Of a stretch of DNA of 64,000 nt, positions 25,826-38,999 are shown piece by piece. The translations under genes and the position numbers were made by a program. This DNA is from Callorhinchus milii (Eukaryota). The notes below the pieces were generated by a model, which did no database searches, had not been told where the DNA came from, and was given only the letters and a program-made list of their open reading frames with translations. Within the stretch, counting starts at the first letter, position 1, and each line of letters opens with the position of its first letter. Location of the stretch: the NCBI RefSeq assembly GCF_018977255.1, contig NW_024704743.1:75518001-75582000 (forward strand), given 5' to 3'.

Positions 25826-26037
25826 CCACTGCCAGCCCATATCAACCATTGCCAGCCGTGCCAGTCACTGCCAGCCTATGTCAATCATTGCCAGGCCATG
25901 TCAGTCACTGCTATTGCCAACCCGTGAGAGTCACAGCCAGCCCATGCCAGCTATCACTGCCAGTTCCTCTGCCATCTACTGCCAGATACTACCAACCTGT
26001 GCCAGGCATTTTTAGCCACTGCCAACAATTGCCAGTT
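25826..26037. repeat. Degenerate minisatellite, ~10/20-bp unit (catgccagtcactgccagcc)
   Basis: TGCCAG-type cores recur about every 10 bp. Confidence 0.85.
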
Positions 26038-26094
26038 TCTGCAAAGTAAATCCCAACCACTTCTGGTCAAAATCAGCTAAAAAGTAGATGTAGA

Positions 26095-26350
26095 ACACAG
26101 TGGGTTAGACATTGATTTTTCACCTCTGGCACTTGGATTCAAATCAAGGTCAGTTGAATGGGATAAAAGTTTGCTGTCTGTTGGTTGCAAGGGCCCCACA
26201 CAAAGTGAATTTGGGCAGTCTCAGCTCCGTTGCCAGTGAATGCAAAATCATCCTTAACTGGAAATGAACAGTAATATTAATTATGGTAATGGTACAATGT
26301 TTTATTGGCAGAAGTGTAGATCTCTGTCCACCCTCACTATCAAAGGTAGA
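26095..26350 (+). mobile_element. LF-SINE-like relic
   Basis: tttcacctctgg..cttggattcaaatc...aaaagt...tctgttggttgc...gcagtctcagctccgttgccagtg is colinear with the LF-SINE 5' half as I recall it. Confidence 0.55.
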
Positions 26351-27009
26351 GGTGATAGTAGGACATTGCCGTGCTCAAATTAGCTGTTGCATTCACCCAT
26401 AAAATACAGACAGTCATTGCACTTTGCAGTATATCCTATGAAGCGCTTAGGATCATAAAAGGTGTTATTCCAAATACAAGGATTATTATTATAGCTGATG
26501 TGAAAATAACTTAAAATAGAACTTCTGGAGAAAATGAGTGGTTTATCAATCCTCTATTCTTCTGTATATATTCTGGACGGTACACAGAGGAATGGAGGAA
26601 TGACAGGAATGGCATTCTTTCACCAGGAAACGTTACAATAACAACAAATTACATTTGTATAGTGCCTGTCATGATATCCCAACTGGTGTTGGACAGTTAG
26701 GGATTTGGACCTGATCAAGAGGTTGAGATAAAGAGGGGTGGAGGGCAGGGAGGGTAGGGGTAGGAGGGTTACCCCAGACACACTCAGAGGATTGCCGGCG
26801 TGCAGTATGTTTGGTTTGAAAGGTCATAACATTTATGTGCTCAACCCTCAAGAGCAAGCCATTAATCCTTGCAGCAGAGATTTCACCGATATATGTTAAA
26901 ATGTATCAGTAAACATTTGTTAAGCATCAGATCCATGACCCACTGTAACATCAGTGGAAAAGCTGGGATCCAGCTCTATCTGCCTTGCCCTGCTATACTT
27001 GCTTTCTAA

Positions 27010-27400
27010 GCTGAGGAACTGAGTCACCCAGACCAGGAAAAGTGCCAGCTTCGCTCCCTAGTTAATGCTGAGTTAGATGATCTGAGCTAGGCCGGTGGTA
27101 GGGGAACTGCCATTGGCTTCAGCTCCACTGGGCTTGAAGTGTAAAGTCAGTGAAGTGTCCCGCTCCTGATGCAGTGACCACCAGCTGGAAAGTGCGTGTG
27201 TGTACACATTAGCTGAAGATAGGATCTGGCTCAGCTGTGCTGCTCTCCACAGTCTCGTAGCCTGCCAACACTCTCTGTCTCGGCTCACACGTACAGAATA
27301 GACACTTGAGCAAAGTACCAGAAGGTGCCTAGCACTCATGGAACAGCATCCTAGCATGAGTCAGCTTCTTCAGGAGAAGAAGGAGAAAACTGGAAAGGGG
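27010..27400 (+). mobile_element. Ancient SINE, AmnSINE2-like (name from memory); further copies at about 24930-25260(+) and 21890-22207(-)
   Basis: The three copies share variants of tgctgagttag.t.atct, aatcagcca, ctgctggaaagtgcgtgtgtg, ggctgtgatg and ggctcacac.tgaagaatgg. Confidence 0.6.
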
Positions 27401-29238
27401 GGAAGGTTTGTGGGATGAATCGTGTAATGTAAATAAATGCTGCTCTGTAGTGAGAGGAGGCATTATATCTTCACCAAAAGTAAGTAACACTTGCCTATCT
27501 GTGACCTTAAAGGAGCTGGTCATTGTGATTTCTACCATCCCATCCTTATGACGTTTTAAAGAACAGATTCGCTGCTTTACATGTTTATTGGAAGCCGATT
27601 CTTGCTGTGCTTAACTGAGACAAGTTGATGTTCTCAGATTCCCCTTAGCTCATCCAGGGGCCAGGATATGAGGCAGAAGCCAGTTTACAATTTTTTTCTG
27701 GGCTTTTGACTAAAAGCAAATCTTTACCGGTCTTGATGTCGCAATTCTGGAGGGAAAGAAACTAAATGAAAGTTTATTGTCGCAATTAAACATAAAGACC
27801 CCAGAAAAGATTTTGAAATATTTTTGGCCAAAACTTAATGTAAAAATTACGATGACAAATTACATTTATTTAGGGCCCTTCACATTGGGAGGATGTCTCC
27901 AAGCTGAATGATAGGCTAAGCCTTGTATCCCAATGTGGAGGAGGGGGTGGGGGGGTGATTACCAAATGCTTGGTCAAAAGAGAGGTCTTAAGGCAGGTGT
28001 TGATGGTGCGGAGGGAGGGGGCAAGGCAGAGAAGATAGGCAGAGTGGTTGAAAGCTCGCCCATCAATGGGGCAGATTAGGTGGGGGACATTAAGCAAGCT
28101 GGTTATGATACTTATCACTTACTGCAATTGTAGTGCATTCCCCTGAAGAGTGTTCTTGTTAAATGTACACTCTGGTTGTGGGTGTACATTAGTTTAATAT
28201 CCGTGTCAGTCTGTGTTGAGGACAAGCATAGTTTATAGTGATGATCAGAATCTGCCCTTTTATAGGCATTCCCTAATGAAGGCTGTGTCACAGAACCTGT
28301 GAGTCTTTCTTCAATACAAATCTGTATGAAAGGGACGCACTCCAGTGAATTTTAACAAAAGCAGACGGAATGCATTATTCTTTTTAAAAACCTATTCCTA
28401 CTGATTTTTTTTAAAAAAAGGATATCACCCCCAGTGTTCACATTCAGTCTCATCACAGGTGCTGAAAATGTAATTCTTAATCGGCTTCAGTTATTGTGGA
28501 AATGTGATATTATAGTCTACTTTAATAACTTGATCATAGCTATCTATATCCATTGGAGTGCGCAAGATCAGAACAAATCATTGTAGTCTGTTTCCAGCCA
28601 TCCTGTCCCTGCTCTTAGGAACTCCATCCAGTAACCATTCGCCTTGCATCCTCCCTTCCCACTTTCAAAATCTGCCTTAAGACTTACATCAGTCTGGCTT
28701 GGTTAGCAGCACTCTCTTCTCTGAGTCAGAAGGTGGCAGGTTCAAGCCCCACATCAGATCTTGGAACTCATAGCATCTAAACTGACGCTCTAATGCATTG
28801 CTGGGGGTGTGCTGCATTTTTGTAGGTGCCGTCCTTCAGATGAGATATTAAACCAAGATCCCATGGAACTAATTGAAAAGAGAGAGGAGTTTCTCACAGT
28901 GTTCTGGCCAACAATCCCCCAAATAAAATTGGTAATTTACTAGCTGTGGCAAATTGGCTACCCATTTGTCCATTAAACACAAACCGTCACTGCACTTTAC
29001 AGTGAAAAGCTGTGATGTACCAAATATAAGTATTATTATTATCATTTTATATCTTCGACTGCGCTTTCTGCCACCTTGTTTCAACAGTCCATCCTTGTAG
29101 CACGTCTCAAGTTCCGTGTCAGTTTGACCCTTGTGAACCCTCACTAGGTGGGTAGCAAGTACCAGAATTATTATTGACTTTTGAGGAGGCCACTGTATCA
29201 ATGAGACCTTACCAGAAAGCTCCATTGACAGGGCTACA

Positions 29239-29255
29239 TCCCCCTCTGCTGGCCA
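29239..29255 (-). promoter_or_regulatory. Candidate CTCF site
   Basis: The minus strand reads TGGCCAGCAGAGGGGGA, close to the consensus TGGCCASYAGRKGGCRS. Confidence 0.4.
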
Positions 29256-29427
29256 TTGTGTGATTACATCAAGAATCGGATTTTGAAACAAAAGCAGTGT
29301 GACTTATGTATTTTTTATTAGACTTTTATTTAAATCCAGATGGTGCAGAATGCTTAATATTTAAAATGTAGTGATTTTTTGCATTACACTATACTTTATA
29401 ACTTCAATGTAATAGATTGGCACATAT

Positions 29428-29757
29428 GGAGTTCCGTAATTTAGTGGTTAGCTTGCTCGCTTCGCCAGCGAGTGGACCCAGGTTTGATTCCCATAGAGGG
29501 CAAAATCTGAGGCAAGTTTCCTTACTGCACATGCCTCTGTTTACCTAGCAGTAAGTAGGAACCCAGTTGTTTGTAGATTGCTTTCTGGGGGTAATAATCC
29601 CTCAATCAATCCACAATTGTTTGTGGGACACTGCTGTGCGTAATTGGTTGCCTGATTTTGCCCAATCAATCCACTTTACAATAAATTCTGTGAAGCATTT
29701 TGAGACGCCTCAACAACATGATAAAGCGCCATATTACATCCAAAGATTATTATTATT
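29428..29757 (+). mobile_element. tRNA-CORE-Deu-L2tail SINE (long form, older)
   Basis: Diverged head with anticodon loop ttcgcca, the long CORE segment and an (att)n tail. Confidence 0.8.
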
Positions 29758-29804
29758 CCCTAGATAATTCTATAATCCTGATCTGTAAACTTTTCTGGTA
29801 TTCC

Positions 29805-30270
29805 CACAAGATCACAAGAGGGGTTTATATGAAGAAAGTCCATCAGCCCTTTTGATCTCATCCTTTCAAAATACATAAACTACCATCCTTCCACACAGCA
29901 TCGAGCTGTTTATTAAATGACTGCAGTGTCCTGGTCTCACCTCCCCTTCCTGACAAACTATTGCAATTGGTAATTACCCTCAGGATAAATAAATAGTTGC
30001 TATTGTCTGTCCTGAAATTGCTCTTTACAACTTTAAACCTGTGTCCTCTTGTTCTATTGTCTCTGTACATCTGAAAGTATCATTCTGGGTTTCCTTTCTC
30101 AATCTCATTTAAAATCTTGTCTACCTGTATAAGGGTCCCTCTAAAATGTCTTCCTGGGACTGAAGAGCCCGAGCTTGTTATTCCTCTAACACTGGGGATC
30201 ATCTTCATCGCTTTTCTCTGCAACTCTTCTGGGCCTAGCCCTTATGTAGCGGTGATCAGAACTGAGCCAA
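29805..30270 (-). mobile_element. CR1 3' fragment
   Basis: ORF 29858..30070 has TRGHRFKV...RVI...NSL, plus a CR1-type 3' UTR. Similar pieces lie at about 2230-2405(+), 16540-16760(+), 31620-31810(-), 42800-42950(+), 50040-50200(+), 52265-52500(+), 56520-56665(+) and 59280-59560(-). Confidence 0.8.
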
Positions 30271-30409
30271 CATGACTGTTGAGTCAAATGTCAATACAAA
30301 TTGAGTCAAAGGTTTTTGTACAATGAATTGAAAGTCACTATACACAGAGTCGAATGTCACTGTACATGGAGTCGAAGGGTTGATATACTGAGTCAGTGTT
30401 CATTGAGCT

Positions 30410-31110
30410 GAAAATGAAGGCGGAAGCAGAGAGATGGAGGGATGGAGTTCCAGAGAGTGGGGGCAGAAAGGCTAAAGGCCCAACTGCTGATGGTGGCAGG
30501 CAGGACAGGAAACATGGTGTAGGCAATTGCCCGCTGAGCGGAGGGAGCAGACAGGTTGCTAAGATTTTAGTAGGTCGCAAAGGTGGGCAGGAGCAAGAGC
30601 GTGTAGGCTTTAAAAGTGAGGACAAGGATTTTAAATTTGGGGAGTTAATGGAAGCTGGACAAGGATGGGGATGATCAGAGTTTGGTGCAGGAGAGAACGC
30701 AAGCTGCAGAATTCTGAATAATCTACATTTTGGGGAGTAAAGATTTAGGAAGTCCAGCGAGCAGGGAGTTGGCATTGTCAAACCTGGACGTAGAAAGCAT
30801 GGATAAGGGTCTCAGCAGCCTGAAGGGAGAAGTAGTGGCATAGTCGGGCATTGTTGTGCAGATCGAGGAAGGCAGAATGGGTCATGGTAAGGATGTGGGG
30901 TATAAAGGGCATTAGGGGTCGAACAAGACACCAATGTTCTGTACTGGCTCGGTGAAGTGAAGAGTGCATCCACCTGATGCATATGCATGCATAGTGATGA
31001 TGTCAGCCCCTGAGGGGAGGAGGTGCTGATGGGAACCAAACAGCAGGGCCTCTGTTTTGTTGACACTCAATTGGAGGAGAAGAGAGAGCCCTAGTCGCAG
31101 ATGGACAGAC
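30410..31110 (-). mobile_element. Old L2 fragment
   Basis: ORF pieces contain LQLSVNKTEALLFGS, VQNIGVLFDP and AAETLIHAF. Confidence 0.85.
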
Positions 31111-32075
31111 GTCATTTGTGATATAAACCAAAGTGTCCAGTGTAGGTTTAGCAAAGTATAGTTCAAAGGCATTTATCTGATTATCACTTAAGCAAATCAA
31201 CTGTTTAATGATGAAACAACTGGAGTTTCAGTATCTTTGAGTGTAGAATGATTTCATACTTTTGTATGAGTTTCCCCCCTTTGCCAGTACCATTTATTAC
31301 AGTCCACATTGGAAATAAGTGTTTAGAATTTGAGCTCTTTTTTAACATTCCTTGTGTTAATTAAGAAATGCTCAACGATTACCACTAGATGGAGTACCAC
31401 TGTCCTTGTAATGGAAACTTCTTTAATGCTCACTTGGGGTAGAAGGTAAATTTGGCCACAGAGAGTGAGTGAGGTGAACGACCAGGTAAATCCAAAGCAA
31501 TGTCTCCATCAAAGTAAATTGAGGAATTCTGGGATGTGCCTGAATTCCCTCATAACATCACTAAATGGTACAGCAGTGAAGAGTCAGCGAAGAGTCAATG
31601 ATGAATCGGGCACCAAAGTTATAAGAACAGAGGAACAGAAGTAGGGTGTTTAGCCCCTCATGCCTGTTACGCCATTCTATTAAATCATGGCAAATCTGTA
31701 CCTCAACTCCAAATACCTGCTCTTGCTCCATATCCCTTGATATACTCACCTAACAATTTATATCCTCCTCAGCCTTGAATATTTGAATGGATCCAACATC
31801 CACAGTTGTGATAAATATGAGAACTTCTTCTGTCTGAAACTTGTGATTACATTTTATTCTTGCATAATTAGAGTTATTATTTGCCTCTTGATCTTTCCAG
31901 TAGCCCTTAGAGTGTTACTGACATATTTATACATTGGGGAGAAATTTTCCTGGGGTATTATGTGTAGGAAGTCATGATTTTGCTCCAACTGCCAGCTAAT
32001 TCTTCATGGAGACTGTCCCTTACTGACATGTACCAGTTTAACTTTCAGTGATCAGTGCAGACGTCTACAAATTGG

Positions 32076-32094
32076 CTGACAGTAGGTGGCGCGC
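32076..32094 (+). promoter_or_regulatory. Candidate CTCF site
   Basis: CTGACAGTAGGTGGCGCGC, with CpGs retained in a CpG-poor region. Confidence 0.45.
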
Positions 32095-35000
32095 TAAGCA
32101 AGCAATGTAACAAATGTGCACTTCTGCCATGTTGATAAGGTAAATATTCAATTGTCAAATTTGGCGTGACATAAATTAGCTCATGATACTGGAAAGAGAG
32201 GAAGAGTGGAAGAGTTAAAGAGGGACTTTTTATTTTGTTCAGCTGGATGTCTGACTCATGCAGAAACTCATCACCATGTTTAGGAGTTTCCAGACTGTGA
32301 GTTCCATATATATACGTATGCCACCAACACATTGACATTTCTCTATGTCTGTGAAATGGAATCTGCACTCTCTCCCTGCTTATCAAATTCCACAGGATGT
32401 TAGAATCAGGTTGGTTACAGTCATGAAATTCAACTGAAATGTAACCAGCTAAAACTGCATTGCTCTCGACAGAGAACATTTTCTCATAAGCTTCCCTCTG
32501 GTTGTCCAACTTGGGCAACTCTACTTGTTAGGGATTTGGTTTACAGTAGCTGAGTGGGAGGTATCCCTGCACCAGTGACTAGTCTGCCCCCTCCAAACAC
32601 TGCAGATGAACTGGGGTGATTGGATTATCATCAGCAGAAGGATGAAATAGTTGACTCAGGAACCGAATTACCAAGACCACCACAATGGATTGACTAATTC
32701 TGACACTCCATTGCCAGGCATGCTCCCTTGGAGCCAGCTCAGCTCCAAATAGACCCCACTTACCTTCCCACCAAGGGTAAGAGTAAGAGAGAGGGAGAGA
32801 AATAGTTCTTCTGAAAACAATCAGTTGTTTACGCTGGGGTAAAAAATTGTGGTATTAATGAAAGCATCTGTTCACGACTAACTTCCGCGGATAACGAAAG
32901 AATGGTACAGAAAATGCAATGGAAATAATCCTTAAAACTGTCCACAACATTAGGTTTATACTTAATAACACGTTTGGCTCTTTAAAACAGGCATGGACTA
33001 GTTGGACTGAATGGCCTTTTTTCGGGTCATGTCATGCTATGTTATAGGAGCAGTCATTACAATCCCTGGAATTACAAGCATTGATGCAATATGTTTCTGT
33101 AATGGTGAACTGATGCTGGAGGGCACTGCAGAGCAACACTATAAGTGGCTGTTTGGCGTGAGTCTTCCTGTATTTCAGCCATCCAGCAACATTACTGCTT
33201 TTAATTAGAGGTGATGGATCATGGTGTAGCCTGCCATAACATAGCTCTGAAAAAGCTCCTTTGAGTAAGTGTTATTAAGAAGGGTTTCACACATCTTTTG
33301 CATCGAGGGACACTTTCCTAATTGATGTGCTATTATTATTCCAAAGATTGCGTGATTCCGCATTCCCACACTTACAATTTCATGAGCCTTCATTAATGAG
33401 ACTTTAGGATTTTGTGCAAATTAACCATTGATCTCCAGCTTTACAACTTTCATATTTCACCATATTACGTTGAAGAATTTGCCACAATTCTGCTTCATTT
33501 TAAATTTTAAGATGAAATGGTCTTAAAGGTTAAAATGAGGTGGAAGTTTAGGCTCATTAAGTGTCTCTGCATATTGTATATATTGTATATTAATAAATCT
33601 GAGAGAATAAACCTCGGCTGATGATGAGAGTTACTTTTTACCGCGGTCAAAATTGGACCCAAGTTGGATTGAGCCAAGCCCGAGTGGGATAATGTTTTAA
33701 TTTATGATGCTGAAAATAAATTGAAAAATTGATTTAGAAAGTAAAATGTTAGAGGTGTGCTACCAAGGATTGGATACAAGACCTCTCATTTTTATAGTAT
33801 CCTTCACCTGAGGCACCTTTTTGAATTGCTGATTTACAACTGGATAACAACCACTCAAGCAAGGACACTAGGAGAAACTCCCTTCTATTTTCAAATAATG
33901 CCATGGGATCTTAACATCCTCCTGATCAGGCTTAACATTTAACACTTGGTCTGAGAGACAGCAACTCTAACAATGCAGCACACCCTAGCACTGGATTGGG
34001 GTGTCATCATAGACAAAGGCCTCAAAATCCTAATGTGGGACTTGAACCATTTGACTCAGAGGCAAGAGTTCTATCAACTGAGTCAGGCCAACACTATTGG
34101 CAAAGTCAAGCATCCCATAGATTTCAACTGACAATAATAAGTTGAGGGAAGAGGAATATTTAAGATTGAGAATCGCATTGCTTATGTGGTTCTCTACACA
34201 AAGGAAGGAAAGAAATATGCTTTGTAAACTCGATCATAAAAATCAAAAACTGTAAATTAAAAGCTCAGCAATAGGTCATGGTATTGCTTCCCCCTTTACT
34301 GCAGATACATCTAACTGCTTGGTCCTGGTCTTCACAAATTGGCTGTAAGAAATCCCTCCATTGCAAGTCCAGGATCTTAGAACCATGAAGGAGAACACAT
34401 CTTATAAGATGCAAGTTTAACCTGTTGCTCTTGAGACGAGAACAACCAGAGTGCCCTTCACATCTTTTCAGTGCGGTTCTCAAGGAGAGCGTCCAGGAAA
34501 AGGTGGACATCCACCACAACCTCCAGATACTGATCTGACTCAACAATTAAGACAAATGCCCCTTGTACCTACACACTCAAAATTTTATCTTAAATTGAAC
34601 AGCTTGTATCAGACCACCGCAAGAGTAACACTGTGAGAGCAAATAGGCTTCAGCTGATTTTCTGCCTTGTCATTTTCTTGTTACAGACTACAAGCAGGTA
34701 CCAAAAGATTGTATATTCAAACAAAAAGTATTTTCAGAGATTATGCAGATTTTCTTCAAAATCACTGCTGAGGCTACCTAACTAGTCCTGGTGGAAAATT
34801 AATTATACATGAATTGCTGATACTTTATGCACAAAGCGATGAAATGGCGAGGCTCACATCTGTACAGTGTTTCCCTATGGTGCGTTTAGTATTGGTTGCG
34901 AGATGCTGAACAAATATATGCGTGTTCTACTACTGGCTTACCATCCATCGCTTCACACACGAGTGGTTCATCAATTATTATTGGGACCCTGTGCAGGCGG

Positions 35001-35213
35001 GAGACACAAGGCAAAGGTTGGTTGAGCATTATTAAATGGGGGCGTCAAACAAGATAACAAGAATTTGCCCTGTTAAAGATATTTTCACTTAGTATAAATT
35101 TGTCAAATTACTTCAGAGATGAGTGGAAGCTCTGAGCAGAGAGGAAAGGATGATGATTTAATAATCCTAATCCTTACATTTGATATTTAATAATAGTATA
35201 ATAATAAGTCCTG

Positions 35214-35745
35214 AAGTCCTGTTGCTCAGTGGTTAGAGCACTCGCCTCACAAGTGAGAGACCTGGGTTTGATTCCCGGCAGGGCAAAACCTTGGGCAAGT
35301 TTCCTTACTCCACACATCTGATAATAATCCATCAAGAAAAAATAATAATAATTTGGTCACTCAATCCATGACTGTTTGTGGTGTGTGCAATTGGCTGCCA
35401 TGTTTCGCCCACAAAATATACAGTCAATTCACTTTACAGTATATTCTGCGAAGCGCTTTGAGACATCTAGAAGATGTGAAAAGTGCTAAATCAAATGCAA
35501 GGATTATTATTATTTATTATAATAATCCTTGTATTTGATATAGCACCTTATCACATCACTAGGATGTCTCAAAGCACTTCACAGAACATACTGTAAAGCA
35601 ATGGGACTGTGCGTATTTTGTGGGCAAACACAAAAGCCAATTTGGACACAGCAACATGCCACAAACAGCCATGGAGTGAGTGACCAAGTATATTTGAGTG
35701 ATTGTTGACCAGGACACCAAAAGAAACTCCCTTCTCTTTTCAAAT
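35214..35745. mobile_element. Tail-to-tail SINE pair: young short-form SINE (+, 35214-35518) abutting the 3' part of a Deu-SINE (-, 35519-35745)
   Basis: The junction reads caaatgcaaggattattattatttattataataatccttgtatttgata. The plus-strand head starts with a duplicated aagtcctg. Confidence 0.85.
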
Positions 35746-38700
35746 AGGATTTTTAACCAAAGGTTGTTGATCAAATGCATGGTCAAAGGGATACATTTTA
35801 ACTGGATTTAAAGGCAGGTAGATAAGGAGCAAGCTGATGGAATGCTTTAGGTGCTGATGATGTATTCAGAGCAAATGGAGCCGAGAAAGGATGGGAGGAA
35901 AGGATAGACAGTGCCAAGTTTATTCTCATCTTCCACAGGCTAGAGTTTTTGGATGAGTTGCAGCTTGTTGTAGGTAAGTAATCTCTCCCTTCATTCAGAT
36001 CCACAATCGACAAGTATTTTTATAATGTAAATTGTAGCTGCCAGAGGGGTTGTGACTCACCTTCTTTGCTTAGTATTTTTTTTCCAGGCTTTTTTTTTTA
36101 TTTGTGAGCGAGGTTAGATCTGCTCACCCGCATTAACCGAATTAGACCGAAACATTCCACTTTGGAAACGAGGGTTGGCCTCTCAGACAAGTCAAATAGA
36201 GCTCCATTGCATTCCACCTATATGTTTCACCGACAATATATACAGTCAATTCACTTTACAGTTTATTCTGTGAAACACTTTCAGAAGTTTAGAAGATGTG
36301 ATAAGACATTATGTCAAATGCAAGGATTATTATTATTATTACTCTCAACTATCTGGCTATAAATTACTTGTATGGAAAATAATGAAAACTGCTTTAGGCC
36401 TGTGTATATTAATATTCACCTGTGATTCTTGACAGTACGTGTTGACCTTTGGTAGTGTCACAGATGAGCCAATCCCCTGTCCTTGCTTGACCTCCACTGA
36501 TATATTTCCCAAAAAGGAACATGGGATTGTGATCACAGAATCATAGAAAGTTTACAGCACAGTACTGGGCCATCTGTGCAAGTGTTATCTCTCCCCCACA
36601 CACCAGCTCCCCCCCCCCCCCCCCCACCCTACACCATACACACACATGCACCAGTGCTATCAGTTCTATTCCCATTCTTCCCTACTCTTTCACCATACCC
36701 TTTAATATTATTTTCCTGAATGAAATCACCTGCAAATATACCATCATTACACTGAACGATGTGATGATATACTATCATTACACTGTAAAGCAAATGCTGT
36801 GAAGTTCTTTGGATATTTCAACAATGTGATAAGATGCTCTATTCAAATGCAAGGAATATTGTTATAATATCAAATAGTGGTAAGATATCCACATTCTAAC
36901 AACCTTCTGTTATTTGAAATATTTTTCTAACCTCCACCCTTTTTCCCTCAATTTATGCTTCTTGATTTAGAAGCTGGGACCAATTGCAGCATCTGAGTCA
37001 TTGCCCTGGCTGAGTCTCTGAAGATTTGATGACCACCCGCCCTCGCAAACATCTCACAACTTAATTAAAATGCATCTCCTGTCATTCATGTTGTTAGTGT
37101 AAATAAGTAATAAGTTTCAACTGGGAGGAGTAACAACCCTTCCATTGACCCCACCCCATTGGGACCACGGAACGTGACATAAGCATTTGTGAAAGGGACA
37201 CTTTGATGAGCAGGTCCCAGCCTCCCGATTTGACCTGTATCCCTATCGCAAAAGCAATATTTACTCAGAGACAACTGTAGTTCTGTGCTTGTTTAGATTT
37301 GGCAATCACAACAAACATTGCACTGTTTAGGTGAACAAATAATGAATTGTCATTTGCAAAGGTGAAAATGATCTCTATTCAAATGTGGCTTGTTATGATG
37401 TGACGTGCAGGTTTCTATAAAAAGGAGCAAGGGGGAGTGTTTTGATTAGAATAAACACATTTAAATGAAGTGCACCTTTGGTGGTTAGGCCTTCAGCTTT
37501 TCTGCCCCCACCCTCTGGAACTCCATGCCGGAATCCCTCTGCCTTGCCCACTCCTTTGACTCCTTCAAGGTCCGTCTCAAGGCCCTCCTCTTTGATCGTG
37601 CTTTTATGTTTAAAATATGTGTTTTTAAAGTAAAAATGTATGGTTTAAAAGCTGCTCTAGGAGCTGGAAATCAAAATCCTGACTCTTGACAAATTTTCAA
37701 ACCGGCTTCCAAATTAAGACCAAATTGAAGAGGGTCCAAAGCTGTTCTTCTGGCAGAAGGAGGGGACGGTGAGGGCCTGCCTCAGGCTTGCGCATGCTAG
37801 GAACAGAGACTATATACTGAGGGACAAGCTGAAGTTTGGCTCAACCACAGCAAAGGCCAGATGGGGCCTGATGCCGGCAGGAGCCACTCCGGCACAAACT
37901 GCTCAGGGTGCACCCACCTGGGTAGCCCACGAGTGCACCCAAAACTGACTGAAGTAAATATAAGGGTACAGAAGAATGCTCGAGATGTAACCAAAGAGCG
38001 TCCCGAAAATGTATGTACGGTACATATATATTTATAAATAAATATATATTTTAAAAAACGGGCTATCTGCAGGCTGGGAAATGGGGTTAATTCTGCAAAG
38101 AAACCACAGACTATATTCTTCCTGACCCATGACATGATAAGCACATAGGAAACAAAAATAAGAGGAGGCCATTCAGCTTATCGAGCTGTTCCACCAATTT
38201 ATTAGATCTTGGCAGATACTTTAATCCCGATGCTCCACCCTCTCACCATACCCCTTAACATCTCAATTTCCAAGTACCTGTCTGTTTCTCTTTTAAACAA
38301 CCTATTGACTCCCCTCCACAGTTTCCTGGGGCAGAGCAGATGGAACCTTATAGATCAGATTAGGAACATCTGCTGTGGCCAATACTTTATGGCGTATAAT
38401 AAGAGAACTCACCCTCCACACAGTGCGGGTGACTTGGCAGCAGTATTGCTAAACCCAAATGATAAATGGACAGGTTAGAAAGTCTCAACCCCTGAACCAC
38501 ATGTTCATGTCTTTTGTCTGGGTTTTGTCTCTTTTCTGTCAAAATGAACCAAGTGCTGTACAGACCTTGATCACAACTGTCTATTGACAGCGAGCACCAA
38601 TACTAATCTAGATTTCAGTGACAGAATACGCTTCTGGGCCATTGAATCAAATAATTATTACATTCCTTTGTAGGTGGTGCTGTTGACATTATGATTTTCT

Positions 38701-38999
38701 CATTAGACTGTCCACTTTCTGCATCAGATATTCATTTGGAATGGTGACACAACTGAGTCAAAGAATATCTGCTACATAAACACAACCCTTGAAGCTGAAC
38801 CCGCCCTGCCTCCCTAAAGGACAGTTCGAAAACAATTTTGTTGCCAACTTGTCACTGTCTAAGCAAAGCCCAAGTGTGTGTTTTAAAGCCTGGTGGCAAT
38901 ATTTTAAGGCTGCTATATAGGAACTAATCGAGTTAAGTCTGCACTCAAACACAGATCTCTTTGATCCAGTCAGCAGTCTCTCTCTCGTCATAAGAGGTG

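Noticed and set aside
27451..27479. Possible 29-nt plus-strand microexon (tgtag|...AAAA|gtaagt)
   Set aside because: Weak pyrimidine tract, directly behind a SINE relic, and no supporting homology.
32045..32518. 157-aa ORF
   Set aside because: Largely overlaps the non-coding family X repeat, and the frame is not evident in other copies.
36608..36625. Poly-C run
   Set aside because: A simple homopolymer with no evidence of function.
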